Of a DNA stretch of 64,000 nucleotides, positions 62,485-64,000 are shown piece by piece. The stretch is taken from contig NW_026930542.1 in assembly GCF_032062105.1 (NCBI RefSeq), positions 248,001 to 312,000 of the forward strand, read 5' to 3'. Position 1 is the first letter of the stretch. The number at the start of each line of letters is the position of its first letter. Below the pieces are notes generated by a model that was given only the letters and a program-made list of their open reading frames with translations, had not been told where the DNA came from and ran no database searches. Source of the DNA: Saccostrea cucullata (Eukaryota). The position numbers and the translations under genes were made by a program.

Positions 62485-63419
62485 TTTTTATCCCCGGCCA
62501 TGGATATGGCCATTGCATATAGTGATTGTCATGTCGGTCTTCCGTCCTTTCATCACACTTTGCGATAAGCTCAATTGAGAGCTAAGTTTCCAAAAAAACT
62601 ATTCAGGATATTTTTATCAAACTTCATAATATGCTGATAGATATTAATGAGAGCTATGCAACTGCATCAACATTTATATTTTTTGACCTTGACCTTTCCT
62701 TTGATCTTGACCTCACTTTTCTTAAATTAGTGTTTAGCTCAGTTTTAAAAATACCATTGAAGATGGTATAATCAAACTTCACTTGTTGATAAATACTGAT
62801 GTAAGCTATTTAAATGCATCAACATTTTTGACATTGACATTTCCTTTTTTCTCCACCTCATTTTCTTAAGTTAGTGTCTAGCTCAGTTTTAAAGATACCT
62901 TTCAAGATAGTGTAATCAATTTTCACATGTTGATATACACTGATGTAAGTTTAAATGCATCAACATTTTTTACCTTTACCTTTCCTTTGACCTTGACCTC
63001 TCTTTACTTAAATTTGTGATTAGCTTAGTTTTAAAGATACCATTCAAGATTGTGTAATCAAACTTTATATATTAATACATATTGATAAAGGCTTTTCAAC
63101 TGCTTTAGCATTTTTGACCTTGACCTTTCCTTTGGCCTTTAACCTCTCTCTTTTTAAATAAGTATTTAGCCCAGTTTTAAATTAACCATTGAAGATAATT
63201 TTATCAAACATGATATGCTGATATGTATTAGTGGGAGCTTTTCAAATGCATCAAAAACTTTTGACCATGCACTTTCCTGTGACCTTTTCTTTAATTTGTA
63301 ATTGAAAGAAACTGTTCAAGATATTTTCATAAAACTTCATACACTAATACAAATTTTCATGTTGCATTACTATTATACACTCAGAAAGGCATTCATGTTC
63401 TATGGACATATTTCTAGTA
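62485..63419 (+). mobile_element. Degenerate HINE with ~130-bp ttgaccttgacc repeats
   Basis: 5' tttttatccccggcc..; 3' ggcattcatgttctatggacatatttctagt. Confidence 0.6.
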
Positions 63420-63581
63420 TTAATCATCATTACACACCAGTAGAGCTACAGTTTCACCAGAGATTTTCAGTTATTTTTGTACCTTTCTTCATTATGAGAA
63501 TCTGATGTCATACCCCCTAAAACATTCTTTGACATACAGGTACATGAACTGGTACAGAACATCAACATTGATCTGAAAATA

Positions 63582-64000
63582 CAGACCTGCCTACCTTTCC
63601 ACTTTTGGCGTAACTGTTCCGCTTTATACCACAAAATTACGCTATTACGCCACTTATATTAATTTTACGCTTTTGATATTATGGTTTAAAATCTAAAATG
63701 AGAATTTCTTCTAATAAAAGTAATTGATAGAGGACCGACTCGATAATGTTATTAATGTACGTAATATACCTAGTAGTTGCATGTAAACTGGTTACCGAAT
63801 ATTCGAACAAAAACGAGAGAGCACTTATACTTACTGCTCCATTAAGTTTATTTTCACATTGCTGAGAACAAGATAGAGAAATGTGAGTGTTAAAAAGATC
63901 AGAAAAATGTTATGATGTACGATTTGTGTAAACATAAAAACGCAAGCCTTCAATTAAGTGAAACAATGCTTTCAAAATACAGGTTTACACTTTTTGCCAA
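63582..64000. mobile_element. Possible DNA transposon left end (CAGACCTGCC..)
   Basis: hAT-like terminus with ttacgc sub-repeats; runs off the window. Confidence 0.35.

Noticed and set aside
1-64000. tRNA, rRNA or autonomous transposase/RepHel genes
   Set aside because: None recognisable in the window.

Overview
AT-rich eukaryotic genomic DNA, most likely from an oyster-type bivalve (Ostreidae). That is inferred from abundant non-autonomous Helentron (HINE/pearl-like) elements carrying ~166-bp Cg170-like repeats. Two spliced genes can be rebuilt on the minus strand, head to tail. One is a ubinuclein (UBN1/2-like, HIRA complex), with 17 coding exons at 6747-19475 and ~1138 aa. The other is GCNA/ACRC (acidic disordered region + SprT HExxH protease + zinc ribbon + HMG-like tail), with ~13 coding exons at 21931-43231 and ~1030 aa. 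Introns and the 44-64 kb region are packed with HINEs, MITEs (TA, 5-bp, 8-bp and TTAA-like target duplications), a CR1/L2 3' fragment, a decayed Penelope-like fragment and minisatellites. Two signals stand out. (1) Three GCNA introns begin with tandem arrays seeded by the exon/5' splice-site junction; the largest repeats CACAG|GTAGAT more than 100 times across ~9 kb. (2) The octamer TACATGTA is strongly over-represented, and one case sits inside a tandem array whose sister units show plain TA, as expected of Tc1/mariner excision footprints. All coordinates and counts were read by eye.
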